From a bacterium (GTDB taxonomy: Bacteria > Patescibacteriota > Andersenbacteria > UBA10190): a DNA stretch of 64,000 bases. Below are positions 9,473 to 18,923 of this stretch, in pieces (the stretch's first letter is position 1; each line of letters opens with the position of its first letter). The notes below the pieces were generated by a model. It did no database searches. It was not told the origin of the DNA and was given only the letters and a program-made list of their open reading frames with translations. The DNA lies in NCBI GenBank assembly GCA_030698495.1, contig JAUYKA010000033.1:7840-71839 (forward strand). The letters run 5' to 3'. Both the position numbers and the translations under genes were made by a program.

Positions 9473-11400
9473 ACCGAAGAATCATAAACAGCATAATCTC
9501 CATCTTCGCTAAATAAGCTGGAGCTACTGTTTTTAATCCACAACGGAAAATATCTTTTATTTCTTTCACCAAAAACTACCGCTCGAGAAGGCATTGGATT
9601 GACTGTTGATTCTTCCCCATTTTTATTAAATGCAAGAATTCCAATAATCTCAGGCACAAGCAAACAAGATCTGTTTTTATCATTGATTGTTATATTAAAC
9701 CCGATTTCTTGCGTTCCTACTGGAATGGGGAATTCTAAGACATTTTCTTCTTTCACTATGCCAGTTGTATCGTGAGAAGCAGTGTCTTTAAATGGCACTT
9801 CTATAAAACCAGTATTTTGTTTGTGCTCATGAACAACTAAATCTCTTTTCTTTCTAAGCGTATATTTTTCATACTCAGCAACGTCTTTATAGAAACAAAT
9901 CTCATCCCACTGATATTTATGTTTGACACTCTTATCGATAAGAATATTTATTTCATCCAAATGATCACCCACAACTCTCACTCTCAACTTATGATTGCTA
10001 AAAGAAAGAAAGGTTGTATGTTCCTTCATCGTTACACAAACTTCTTCTTGTCCAATGCGGCCTATGATCCTTGGGGAAAACGCACCCCTCCCTTGGGGCG
10101 GGACTGCATTAATCGCACCGGAAAAATATGGATTTCCCAATTTTTCTAAAACACCTCTTCTTTTTTCTATTAGCTCAGATATAAAGTAAGACTGTAGTTT
10201 AATAAAATGTTTTATGAGTTGGCATTTTACACCGTCCGGTTTTTTAACAGTCTTATTCACAAGCCACCCCTGATAATAACAACCGCCGCCGCATAAATAT
10301 CTTGCCCAACATTTATTACATGGCTTCCTATTCTCAACGGTTTGGTTCATAAAGAGATCCTTTGCGGCCTCACTCACGCCTTCTTCTATACTGCCAATAT
10401 CTTGCCCTTTAGCCCCTACGAAATGAGCGCAAGGATACAATTTCCCATCCCAATCAACATATAATCCTGATTTTCCACAATTGCATCGATATCTCAATAT
10501 CGATCTATTTAATATTCTATAAAAATATCTGAAAAAATAATCCTCTGGGTTTATTGCTTTTAGATACTGCGCAAGCTCATCGTCAGAACTAGCGAGTAGA
10601 AAATCTATGAATTGGCTATATGCTTGTTTAAACTTCGGCAGATTTTCCTCATTCAAAGCAAAGCTTTCTTCGTGGCCGCTATTGACCGGCTTCATGTAAA
10701 TCGATGATTTTATGCCTAGATCAAAAATGTGTTTAAAATTTTTAGAGATATCCAATGTCTCCGCTGTTATAACAGAACAAGCGCCAATGTCGATTTTTTC
10801 CCTTATGGCAAATTGAATTAATTGAGCCAGATCATTATAAGTGCCCTTTTTATTCTTATATCTTCTAAATTTATCATGGTCTTCTTGCACTCCGTCGATA
10901 CTTATGTCCATTGGACTGCCTAAACGTTTTACCATTTTATCGGGAGTAAATATCAAACCGTTAGACATATTAGCTCCCACCCAAACAGTCTTATTGAATT
11001 TTTTACATAGCTTTTTAATGTGGTCTTTTAAGATTTTGTGATACCCCTCAGCGATAAAAGGTTCTCCGGCAACACCAAAATCAATTCTGGCAAACCTCTG
11101 ATCTTCCGATAAGCTCTTAAAAAACAAATCGATTGCCTCTATCGCGGTTCTCATGGTCATCATTTTCGTATTATTTTCCAGTTCTCGTTTCCGAAATACA
11201 CAATACCGACAATCCAAATTACATGACATTGATATACATAATTGAAGCTGTGGGCTTATTTCCTTGAATTCTTTTTTCCACTTAGAAGGCTTACTGTTGG
11301 GTAAATCTGGAATGCTTACACCAAAATCATCTATGCAAAAAACAGAGGATGTGTTTTCATCTATTGCGAATTTTTTATTCTTATGTGTAAATTTTTTCAT
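9466..11400 (-). CDS. Radical SAM enzyme with a SPASM domain and a roughly 230-aa C-terminal extension of unknown function (644 aa).
   Basis: CNLDCRYC (Cx3Cx2C) near the N-terminus. SPASM-type Cys clusters CNCGKSG...C and CNKCWARYLCGGGCYYQG. Confidence 0.8.
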   Translation of the reverse strand: MKKFTHKNKKFAIDENTSSVFCIDDFGVSIPDLPNSKPSKWKKEFKEISPQLQLCISMSCNLDCRYCVFRKRELENNTKMMTMRTAIEAIDLFFKSLSEDQRFARIDFGVAGEPFIAEGYHKILKDHIKKLCKKFNKTVWVGANMSNGLIFTPDKMVKRLGSPMDISIDGVQEDHDKFRRYKNKKGTYNDLAQLIQFAIREKIDIGACSVITAETLDISKNFKHIFDLGIKSSIYMKPVNSGHEESFALNEENLPKFKQAYSQFIDFLLASSDDELAQYLKAINPEDYFFRYFYRILNRSILRYRCNCGKSGLYVDWDGKLYPCAHFVGAKGQDIGSIEEGVSEAAKDLFMNQTVENRKPCNKCWARYLCGGGCYYQGWLVNKTVKKPDGVKCQLIKHFIKLQSYFISELIEKRRGVLEKLGNPYFSGAINAVPPQGRGAFSPRIIGRIGQEEVCVTMKEHTTFLSFSNHKLRVRVVGDHLDEINILIDKSVKHKYQWDEICFYKDVAEYEKYTLRKKRDLVVHEHKQNTGFIEVPFKDTASHDTTGIVKEENVLEFPIPVGTQEIGFNITINDKNRSCLLVPEIIGILAFNKNGEESTVNPMPSRAVVFGERNKRYFPLWIKNSSSSLFSEDGDYAVYDSSVC

Positions 11401-11407
11401 GTCTTAT

Positions 11408-13084
11408 TCAAATTACCTTATATCTAGTTTTTATATCCTGCAAAGCGCCGGCTAGTAATTCATATTTTCCTAATCCCTCAATCTTACTATTTCTAATACA
11501 AATTAAGTCATTTATAATACTCTTCAGTTCCAACCTCGCTTTGTCTGGACATATTTTTAGTTTCTCAAAAACCTCCGGAGAGGCAACCTCTTGGTTATTC
11601 ATAAGCGCTATCCTAGTAACTAGAAACCTCGCCTCTTCAAATAATGATTTAAAAGTTGATATTGTTCTTGTTTTCTCATATTCTGTTTGTTGCTTCCATA
11701 ACGCATCCTTGTAAACTATCCTTTTGTATCTCTCTAAATACTCAAGAAACAATTTGTTATTTCCAGAAACCAATCTTAACTCAAATACCTCAAAAAGATC
11801 CCTTGATTCACCATTTACTACTACGTCTTTTTCTACAGGCCTACCATGAGTCCCCTCGGATCTAACTCCGAGATACGCAAGTAATTCACATGTCAAATTT
11901 TCAATTGGAATAACTGGATAAGTTTTATTGCCTTTAAACATAACAATTTCAAAATCAAGATCGCTTTCCTTGGTTAAAACAAATTCTCCGTATGACCCCC
12001 TGGCTATAATATTTATCTCTGCATAATCTATGTCGACTAACCCACATACTGCTTTAACGATGCTTCTTAGAATGTCGTCATAAATTTCAGCGCTACAGTC
12101 TTTCTGTGCTTCTTTAATTGTATTGATCATTTTCTTATACCCCGCTTCATCGCCCAGAGCGACGATTAGGCTTGCTAAATGAAACTTTGCCTGGTTTCCT
12201 TTTTTAACAGCCATGATTTTTTTCGTTATGCCTAATAATACCCTGAGATCGTCAATACTATTTTGTCTTTTTTTGTACATCAGTAGCGTCCACGTGAAGG
12301 ATATTCTTGCGGAAACTAATTCATCTACAAAATGTCCAACCTCGAATGGTCTCGAATCTTTGTTGATTAATGGTTTTTCTGCATCAATAGTCAATTGGTC
12401 AAAATAATTGAAAAATTTATTTCTGTCTTGATATGCCATGGTTTTCCATCCAACCTTTTCAACTCTGTCCATCTTTCTAGCTTTATTGGAAAAACAATAC
12501 TTGCGTTCAAGAAGTTTGACATATTCCTCGACCAAATCTTCTTCAAAGGATTGAAATAAATTGATTTTCAAAAATAATAGATACCTTCGATCTATACCCG
12601 AATCTTCAACCTTAAATAATTTCTCAAAATCTATTAAGAAGTATGTTTTATTCAAGTAAAACATATTACGTAGCGCTAACCCCCTCCAAAGATAACCGTT
12701 TTGAAGAAAATGATTGTTTATACGAACCACATCTTCAAAAAGCAACTCCTTGTTCATCAAAGGATTCTGGTTCAATGGAAGCCCTAAATCCTCAAAAATA
12801 AAGAAACTATCTGCCCTGCTAATAGGCATTAAGACCTTAGCATCTGTTACATTATTCTTACGCAATAGCTGGTCTGCTAACTTTAGATTTTCTATTTCTT
12901 TCTGTTTGCATTTTTTAATGATATAACTTTTGTTTTTAATCCTAGAATATATTTTAATTACATCATTTTTAAATGGATTAACATTTTCTAGTTCAAGAAC
13001 TCGTAAATCATTTTCTCTTGTTATAATGCCTTTCCTTTTTAATAACTTGATAATTGCACTGTTCATAAAATTTAACTCCAGCAA
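11408..13084 (-). CDS. Two-domain protein: N-terminal aminoglycoside/choline-kinase-like fold (IDFE Brenner-type motif, non-canonical catalytic loop) followed by a Pol-beta-type nucleotidyltransferase domain (GS-x10-DLDFE).
   Basis: Motifs YLWRGLALRNMFY...FLIDFEKLF and ARGSYGEFVLTKESDLDFEIV read from the translation. Confidence 0.5.
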   Translation of the reverse strand: MLELNFMNSAIIKLLKRKGIITRENDLRVLELENVNPFKNDVIKIYSRIKNKSYIIKKCKQKEIENLKLADQLLRKNNVTDAKVLMPISRADSFFIFEDLGLPLNQNPLMNKELLFEDVVRINNHFLQNGYLWRGLALRNMFYLNKTYFLIDFEKLFKVEDSGIDRRYLLFLKINLFQSFEEDLVEEYVKLLERKYCFSNKARKMDRVEKVGWKTMAYQDRNKFFNYFDQLTIDAEKPLINKDSRPFEVGHFVDELVSARISFTWTLLMYKKRQNSIDDLRVLLGITKKIMAVKKGNQAKFHLASLIVALGDEAGYKKMINTIKEAQKDCSAEIYDDILRSIVKAVCGLVDIDYAEINIIARGSYGEFVLTKESDLDFEIVMFKGNKTYPVIPIENLTCELLAYLGVRSEGTHGRPVEKDVVVNGESRDLFEVFELRLVSGNNKLFLEYLERYKRIVYKDALWKQQTEYEKTRTISTFKSLFEEARFLVTRIALMNNQEVASPEVFEKLKICPDKARLELKSIINDLICIRNSKIEGLGKYELLAGALQDIKTRYKVI

Positions 13085-14733
13085 GCTGGACTATTACCCC
13101 CGGAAGTGCAAACTTCCGTTTCTTTGGCCCCACCTAAGTTTATCAGACTGTCTATCTCATTATTATACTTATTGATAGTCTCCTCTATGGCTATAGCCAA
13201 TAGTTCATTAGACTGCCACAGACTTTCCTTATCAGTTGAAGGATTACCAATAGTTGTACCAATCACTGTATATGTAATTTTTTCATCATTAGTAATTTTC
13301 CGATTAAAATCATTCAACTTAAACTCATCCATGCAGACATTACCTGCTTTATACAATCGGTCAGAAACCATACTTGTATACTTGCTCACCAAAGAACTGA
13401 TTGCGTTTTTGTCCTTAACGCGCTTAATATCATCTAGTCTTCTTTTGGGAAATACCACAAAAGAAATTCTATAAAAATCTAGATCGTTAAAAACTATAAC
13501 ATTTTCATTTTTCATTAAAATTTGATACCAATAATTTGCTAAATACTGCCTCCGTTCAATTAACTTACCGATAGCTCTCAATCCGATCCCCTTGATTGTT
13601 AACCAGAGCTTCAGAGACTCAAAGCCTCTTGACCCCATGAATGGCGTAGCTAAACCTAAATCCAAATACTCTTTAGCATTAACCTTATCGGGGTACCTAG
13701 AAAAAACATTTGTGGAATTAGGATTTTTAAACAAAACATAACTGCTAGAGTAGGGAATAAACAATGACTTGTGAGGATCTAACGACACTGAGTCTGCGTT
13801 CTCTATGCCTTTTAATAGGTGTTTGTATTTTTCTGAAAACAAAAAACTACCGCCATGGCATGCATCAACGTGCAACCAGACATTATACCGCTGACACATG
13901 CGAGAGATAGCTTCCAGATCATCTAAACCGCTAGTCCTACAATTTCCCGCGACCGCCACGACAAAAAATGGGATTTGATCTTTTGCAGAATTCTCAATAG
14001 CGTTTTTAATATTCAGCACCGAGGATGTGTAATTTTTTCCTGGCTCAGCCCAGATAATCGAATTAGATCCTAGTCCCAACCATGAGCAAGCGCTTTTATA
14101 GGAATAATGCTCAATACCCCTAGTCATTACGATGACTGGTTTTTGCTCAACAGAATGAATGCCCCGTTCCTTGATTGAAGGAAATCTATTATTTAACGCA
14201 GTCAGTAAGGCCACATAGTTAGAAAGATTGCCCCCCGTAGTCCACATACCACCAACCTTAGAAAGGGAATTAATCTCTGGCAGTGGTATAGTTTGATATC
14301 CTATTAATTCTCTTAACCAGTTTATAAGCTGGATTTCTATTATTGTTCCTATAGGAGCACTCCGATCAAAAGCTATCTGATTTTGATTTAAAAACTGAGA
14401 ATATATTGCTCCACCAATTGCATATTTCGAATTTCCGCCATCGGGAAAAGCAAGATATTTCTTATCAGCTTGAAGAATCGAGTATTCACCGATCATGTCT
14501 AATAATTTATCCAGATCATTGTCTGAAATTGAATTCTGCGGAATATGTTCGTCAAGTAAAAAGCGCAGCTCTTTGGGGCTCATATAATTAAACACTTTAT
14601 TTTTTCGTAATTTACCCGAATAGAAGTCCAGGCCTTTCCGAATAAACTTATGAAAAAAATCTTCCTCCAATAATGCTTTTTCGGAAGGATCTAGCAAGTA
14701 TTGTGAAACAAATTGGGAGTCTATTTTTCTCAT
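13072..14733 (-). CDS. Group II PLP-dependent amino-acid decarboxylase.
   Basis: MWTTGGNLSNYVAL, HVDACHGGSF and SLDPHKSLF (PLP-lysine) motifs. 553 aa. Confidence 0.75.
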   Translation of the reverse strand: MRKIDSQFVSQYLLDPSEKALLEEDFFHKFIRKGLDFYSGKLRKNKVFNYMSPKELRFLLDEHIPQNSISDNDLDKLLDMIGEYSILQADKKYLAFPDGGNSKYAIGGAIYSQFLNQNQIAFDRSAPIGTIIEIQLINWLRELIGYQTIPLPEINSLSKVGGMWTTGGNLSNYVALLTALNNRFPSIKERGIHSVEQKPVIVMTRGIEHYSYKSACSWLGLGSNSIIWAEPGKNYTSSVLNIKNAIENSAKDQIPFFVVAVAGNCRTSGLDDLEAISRMCQRYNVWLHVDACHGGSFLFSEKYKHLLKGIENADSVSLDPHKSLFIPYSSSYVLFKNPNSTNVFSRYPDKVNAKEYLDLGLATPFMGSRGFESLKLWLTIKGIGLRAIGKLIERRQYLANYWYQILMKNENVIVFNDLDFYRISFVVFPKRRLDDIKRVKDKNAISSLVSKYTSMVSDRLYKAGNVCMDEFKLNDFNRKITNDEKITYTVIGTTIGNPSTDKESLWQSNELLAIAIEETINKYNNEIDSLINLGGAKETEVCTSGGNSPACWS

Positions 14734-14815
14734 AATAATTCATCGAAACTGTATTGACGTTGGACTTACACAAAAAACAGTTTGCACGTAAACATAGCCA
14801 ATGATTCAATATATG

Positions 14816-15913
14816 TCAATAATATGTTTCGCCAAAAGAGATGTTATCCCCCTCTATCGATATTAAGGCTGCCCTTTGCGGATCAATAATTGGCGTTGTC
14901 ATATACATGTCTCGACCATTATATCGACCACTAGTTATCCTAGCAGCCATACGACAACCACCCTCGCATAACATCAAGGCGTTGCACGTTCGACATTCTT
15001 CTGGAAGCATTTTTGGCGATGCCCAAGATTTCATCCTCAGCCAAGTACTCAAAAATTTATCTGGTAAAACGTTGCCAAAGACAACGTCAGAATGGACGCA
15101 TGGTCTCATCGTTCCCGCTGATGAAACAACACAAGACGATACTGCGGCTGAGCAAATTCTGTTTCCGAAGAAACGAACAAACTCTGCTTCTTCGCGCTCA
15201 CCAAAAAGACACCTAGCGACCGGTTCAAGAACATCAACTTTGAGGGACAACTCCTTGTCTATGCGCATCAACTCTCTTAAGCAACGCTTACACTCTACCC
15301 CCGAAAGACAAAGGGGTATATTCGCTCTACATGACGGTAACATGGGGCCTGCACAGAAAGTGCTAACCCCGAGACGCTTTAAGGCCAGAGCTGTATCAAA
15401 TATGAAGTCTAGATTCATTTTTGATACGACCATATTAACGGCAACAGAAAGGTTAACCGCCAATAGACTTTCTATGCCCTTGATAGTTCGGCCGTAATTA
15501 CCACCAGCCCCGGCAATAGTGTTGTGTATGTCCTCTGGACCAAGCACTGAAACCAAGACATGCTTTAAGCCTTGCTCCTTTAGCGCTCGCGCATCTTTGC
15601 ATTGAATTAGAGCCGCATTTGTGTTAAGTCCCGTTTCAATTCCATATGACGTTGCAAGAGCAATGAGCTTAAGCAAGATTTCTTTTCGAAGCATCGGTTC
15701 GCCACCCGTAAACGTTACTAAGCCCACTTTAGCATCTCGCAACTGATCAATGACCATGCTATAGTCATTCATCCCTAATTCGTCTTGGTCTTTTACGAGA
15801 CTATGCCTCCAATAGTTGTAGCAGTGTCTGCATTCTTGATTGCACTGCGAAGTCAATTCTATTTGTACATCTAATGGCGCTGAGAGCCTTTCCATTGCTT
15901 GTCCTCCAAACAA
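14816..15913 (-). CDS. Radical SAM/SPASM-domain maturase-like enzyme (365 aa), first gene of the operon.
   Basis: CNQECRHC radical-SAM motif. C-terminal CSAAVSSC...C and CRTCNALMLCEGGCRMAA SPASM clusters. Confidence 0.8.
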   Translation of the reverse strand: MFGGQAMERLSAPLDVQIELTSQCNQECRHCYNYWRHSLVKDQDELGMNDYSMVIDQLRDAKVGLVTFTGGEPMLRKEILLKLIALATSYGIETGLNTNAALIQCKDARALKEQGLKHVLVSVLGPEDIHNTIAGAGGNYGRTIKGIESLLAVNLSVAVNMVVSKMNLDFIFDTALALKRLGVSTFCAGPMLPSCRANIPLCLSGVECKRCLRELMRIDKELSLKVDVLEPVARCLFGEREEAEFVRFFGNRICSAAVSSCVVSSAGTMRPCVHSDVVFGNVLPDKFLSTWLRMKSWASPKMLPEECRTCNALMLCEGGCRMAARITSGRYNGRDMYMTTPIIDPQRAALISIEGDNISFGETYY

Positions 15914-16087
15914 ATAAACAAGTTTTTAAAAGAACAGCAAGTAAGTGTACAACTATTTTTTACTAATGCAATCAGTAGAACCAACAATATGTCAATTTGC
16001 ATTGGCATACATAGTCATTCTGTTTCCTACCTGCAAACCTAACGATGTGACTAGCCATGCCATCTTAATTTGGTTTGTTATAGATCG

Positions 16088-16163
16088 TCTGAACAATGCC
16101 GACGAGTGGGAGTCGCAGGTGCTGGATTTTGATCACGGGATTTTGCTGGCGGTGCGGGGGTAA
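16088..16163 (+). repeat. 68-bp repeat (gccgacgagtgggagtcgcaggtgctggattttgatcacgggattttgctggcggtgcgggggtaa), copy 2.
   Basis: Direct repeat of 22282-22355, with 3 substitutions. Confidence 0.8.
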
Positions 16164-16309
16164 GGACTACTTTTAAAAACAAGATCGAACTCGAGCTGCT
16201 GCTGTTTGACTAAATGTGACTGTTTGCAGATAATGGAAAGTGCTGTAAACTCTAGTGTTTGGGGTTATTGTTGACTGTTCTTCACAACAACTGATAAAGG
16301 GGTACGGCA

Positions 16310-17380
16310 ATGAGCTGCACAGCTGAAGCGACCGAGGAGGTTGGCCATCACGAGACAAAACGAGACTATTTGCTGGTGATGGACCTGCCGGAGATGGTGC
16401 ACGGTCTGCGCCTGACCGGGCTGAACGTTCCGCCGCGAAACCATGACATCTTTGCCAAGATCAAGGAAGATCTGGCGAAGCTGTTCGGTGTAGTGATGCC
16501 CAAGTACGTCGGTGAAAGCGAGATCACCCTGAAGGTGATCGATATGCAAGAGCTGTCTGATCAGATACTGGCCAAGGCGGTGCAGATGGTCGACAGCATG
16601 AAGCAAGGCTACATTGTGAGCACTTGCATGGATATCGCAAGCATTGTGCTTCACGGCAAAGTCTTCGAAGCTAACCGGCTGATCGACAATACTGGCTCGG
16701 TATTGGGTATCGGACCTAGGCCGGGGCACTATAGCCTGCGGAAGCAGGTGGAAAGCGTGATCACGGACGCGGCTGGTCAACCCATTATCCTGGTGGAAGA
16801 CGGGTTGTTTACCGGGACGACGATGTACGAGGTGATCCGCGAGTTTCAGGCGCGCGGTGCGGAAGTCGAAGCGGTGGTGCTTGGCTTCGCGTTTCCGAAA
16901 GCGAAAGATAAGCTGGCGTCGCTTGCCATGGCACCGAGTGTTCATACGGTCGAGACGGTTCATAATCCGCTCGACTGGGTGCCCGATCACGACTTCTTCC
17001 CGTTCGTGCCCAATTGCGGCCGGGTACTGGGAACTCGTATCAATGGCCAGGTTCATCCGATTTACTCGCATCTGGGGTTCTCGTACAGCGTGCCCTATCT
17101 GTACGGATTCTGCCCCATGGGCGATTGGATCGGCCTGTCGTTGTCGGAGGCACAAGCGAGGGAGCTGACTTGGAACATCCTTCATCTGGACTGCGAGCTG
17201 TTCAGGGTCATCGATGCGATGAACGGTGGAAAAGGCTTCAAGCTCCATGAGTTGGGCAACGCCAGGCCACGCGTTTCCATCCCCTACCGCGTCAATCAGA
17301 AGCATCTGCCGGAGAACGAGAACGATATGACTATCGGCAGGCATCTGGCGGAAGAGACGATGCGCGCCAGTCCGCACTAG
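16310..17380 (+). CDS. Phosphoribosyltransferase-domain protein with a C-terminal extension.
   Basis: PRPP-binding motif ILVEDGLFTGTT. GC-rich. The antisense ORF 16265..17389 is judged an artefact. Confidence 0.55.
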   Translation: MSCTAEATEEVGHHETKRDYLLVMDLPEMVHGLRLTGLNVPPRNHDIFAKIKEDLAKLFGVVMPKYVGESEITLKVIDMQELSDQILAKAVQMVDSMKQGYIVSTCMDIASIVLHGKVFEANRLIDNTGSVLGIGPRPGHYSLRKQVESVITDAAGQPIILVEDGLFTGTTMYEVIREFQARGAEVEAVVLGFAFPKAKDKLASLAMAPSVHTVETVHNPLDWVPDHDFFPFVPNCGRVLGTRINGQVHPIYSHLGFSYSVPYLYGFCPMGDWIGLSLSEAQARELTWNILHLDCELFRVIDAMNGGKGFKLHELGNARPRVSIPYRVNQKHLPENENDMTIGRHLAEETMRASPH

Positions 17381-17389
17381 CGACAACAC

Positions 17390-17425
17390 AGCCGCTTTCT
17401 AACAAAAGAAAGCGGCTTTTCAATA
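17390..17425 (+). terminator. Rho-independent terminator after the PRTase gene.
   Basis: agccgctttct/agaaagcggct stem followed by a TTTT run. Confidence 0.6.
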
Positions 17426-17482
17426 TATGAAAAACCGAATTCATATGGGTGAATATGAATTCGGTTGATGGCTTGCATGGTG

Positions 17483-18130
17483 TCAGCCGGCAAGAACGGT
17501 TCTGTTGTTTGGGGTGACATGCTCAACGAAAGAGAGAACATCGGAGAAGCAGAGATCCGCGTCGGCGCAATCGCTTCCAATTATAATCGTGCGCATGCCG
17601 AGTGATTTGGCGGGCAGGAGGTCTGTGTTCCAGTTATCGCCTATACTGTAGGCGTTGGTCGGAGAGATTTTATACCGGCGCAGACATTCGAGAAAGACTC
17701 TGGAGGTGCACGTCCATTTTACGGGACATGTTTCCGGTTCTCGCCAACCAATGACATCGTCGAAGTCGGAAGAAAGATATCCCAGCTTGGCCAACATCGC
17801 ATGCGCCATATACGTTGGCGAGCCGGTGTAGACCACTTTTTTCCCGGATAGCGACCGGGTTGCGGCTACAATATCAGGCTGCGGAACGATAAGTTCCAGG
17901 GGAGCGGCACAGAGTCGTTTCGCCCAGGCGCTAAAAGGGATGTTCAGGGCGGACAGCGCCAGTTCTCCCCGTCCTTGGCAGGCTTGTCGAAAGTAGGCAA
18001 GCATAGTCATGCCCTCATCTCCGCTGAATTCTTTAATCAATTGTTCCAGCGTCCTTGAATAAACGGTGGTATAGAACTCTGGATTTCTATTGAGAGTACC
18101 GTCTAGGTCGAACACGAAAAGACGTTTCAT
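17483..18130 (-). CDS. HAD-superfamily hydrolase.
   Basis: Motif I FVFDLDGTL. Confidence 0.7.
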   Translation of the reverse strand: MKRLFVFDLDGTLNRNPEFYTTVYSRTLEQLIKEFSGDEGMTMLAYFRQACQGRGELALSALNIPFSAWAKRLCAAPLELIVPQPDIVAATRSLSGKKVVYTGSPTYMAHAMLAKLGYLSSDFDDVIGWREPETCPVKWTCTSRVFLECLRRYKISPTNAYSIGDNWNTDLLPAKSLGMRTIIIGSDCADADLCFSDVLSFVEHVTPNNRTVLAG

Positions 18131-18209
18131 CGTTTTCTCCACTCAAAGTTGTAAGGAACATCTTTTAGGCAACCAGAAGTATGATAACTGTCAAATGATG
18201 ATTATCGCG

Positions 18210-18923
18210 CTACTGATTGTCTAAAAATTCGGTGGTTTTAGTGGTGGCAAATCGCAGGCATTCTTCTGCCGGTTTTTGTCGCAGATAGTTGATTATGTAG
18301 TAAGCAAAAAAGGTGTCGCCGGCGCCGATGGAGTGGTTAAATTCAATTTTGGTATCAGGTGCGGAAATATATTTTTTACCTTTGGCAAAGAGGACGCTTC
18401 CTTTATCTCCATTGGTAACGATGAGCATCTTTTGTTTCAATGTGTCTACTGCCTCTGGCGGCAGATATTCAATTTCTTCCGCCGTTGCTTTCAAGCAGCT
18501 AATGGCATTAATTGTGTCTGAAGTAATATTCCATTGATGTTTTTTGCCATGGGTAATTCCTTCTCGCACATACCCCTGAATATCAATAAATACTAGACCC
18601 CGGTATTCAGATAAACCGGTAAGACTGATTTCGTTTAGAACGGAAGAAATAATTAGTGCCCGATTTTTGATGGCAGCAAAGTTTACCGACAATACGGGCG
18701 GCTCGTAGGTAATGCGGCCGAATTCTCCGTCTTTAGTAATTTTAACTTCTACCTCGGCTGTTGGGGGCGCCATGACATCAAAAGCGCAGTTTTCTTTTTT
18801 AAATATGTTAGACAGGAAAAAGGCAGGGCCGCCGGGCTGTTCTTTTAGCAATTTGCCGGTTTCGTCCACCAGGCGATCGTTAGCAAAGGTCGCCAGGAGA
18901 GCAATGTCTTTAGGCTTGTTCAT
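18210..18923 (-). CDS. PfkB-family (ribokinase-like) carbohydrate kinase.
   Basis: C-terminal NHSIGAGDTFFAYY signature (GAGD anion hole). Confidence 0.6.
   Translation of the reverse strand: MNKPKDIALLATFANDRLVDETGKLLKEQPGGPAFFLSNIFKKENCAFDVMAPPTAEVEVKITKDGEFGRITYEPPVLSVNFAAIKNRALIISSVLNEISLTGLSEYRGLVFIDIQGYVREGITHGKKHQWNITSDTINAISCLKATAEEIEYLPPEAVDTLKQKMLIVTNGDKGSVLFAKGKKYISAPDTKIEFNHSIGAGDTFFAYYIINYLRQKPAEECLRFATTKTTEFLDNQ

Noticed and set aside
14841-15497. 218-aa plus-strand ORF inside the rSAM/SPASM gene.
   Set aside because: It lies entirely antisense to a gene with unambiguous CxxxCxxC and SPASM motifs, and has no motifs of its own.
16265-17389. 374-aa minus-strand ORF antisense to the phosphoribosyltransferase-domain gene.
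   Set aside because: A GC-rich region gives long stop-free antisense frames. The sense ORF carries a clean PRPP-binding motif and a downstream terminator, and the antisense translation is low-complexity and Arg/His-rich.
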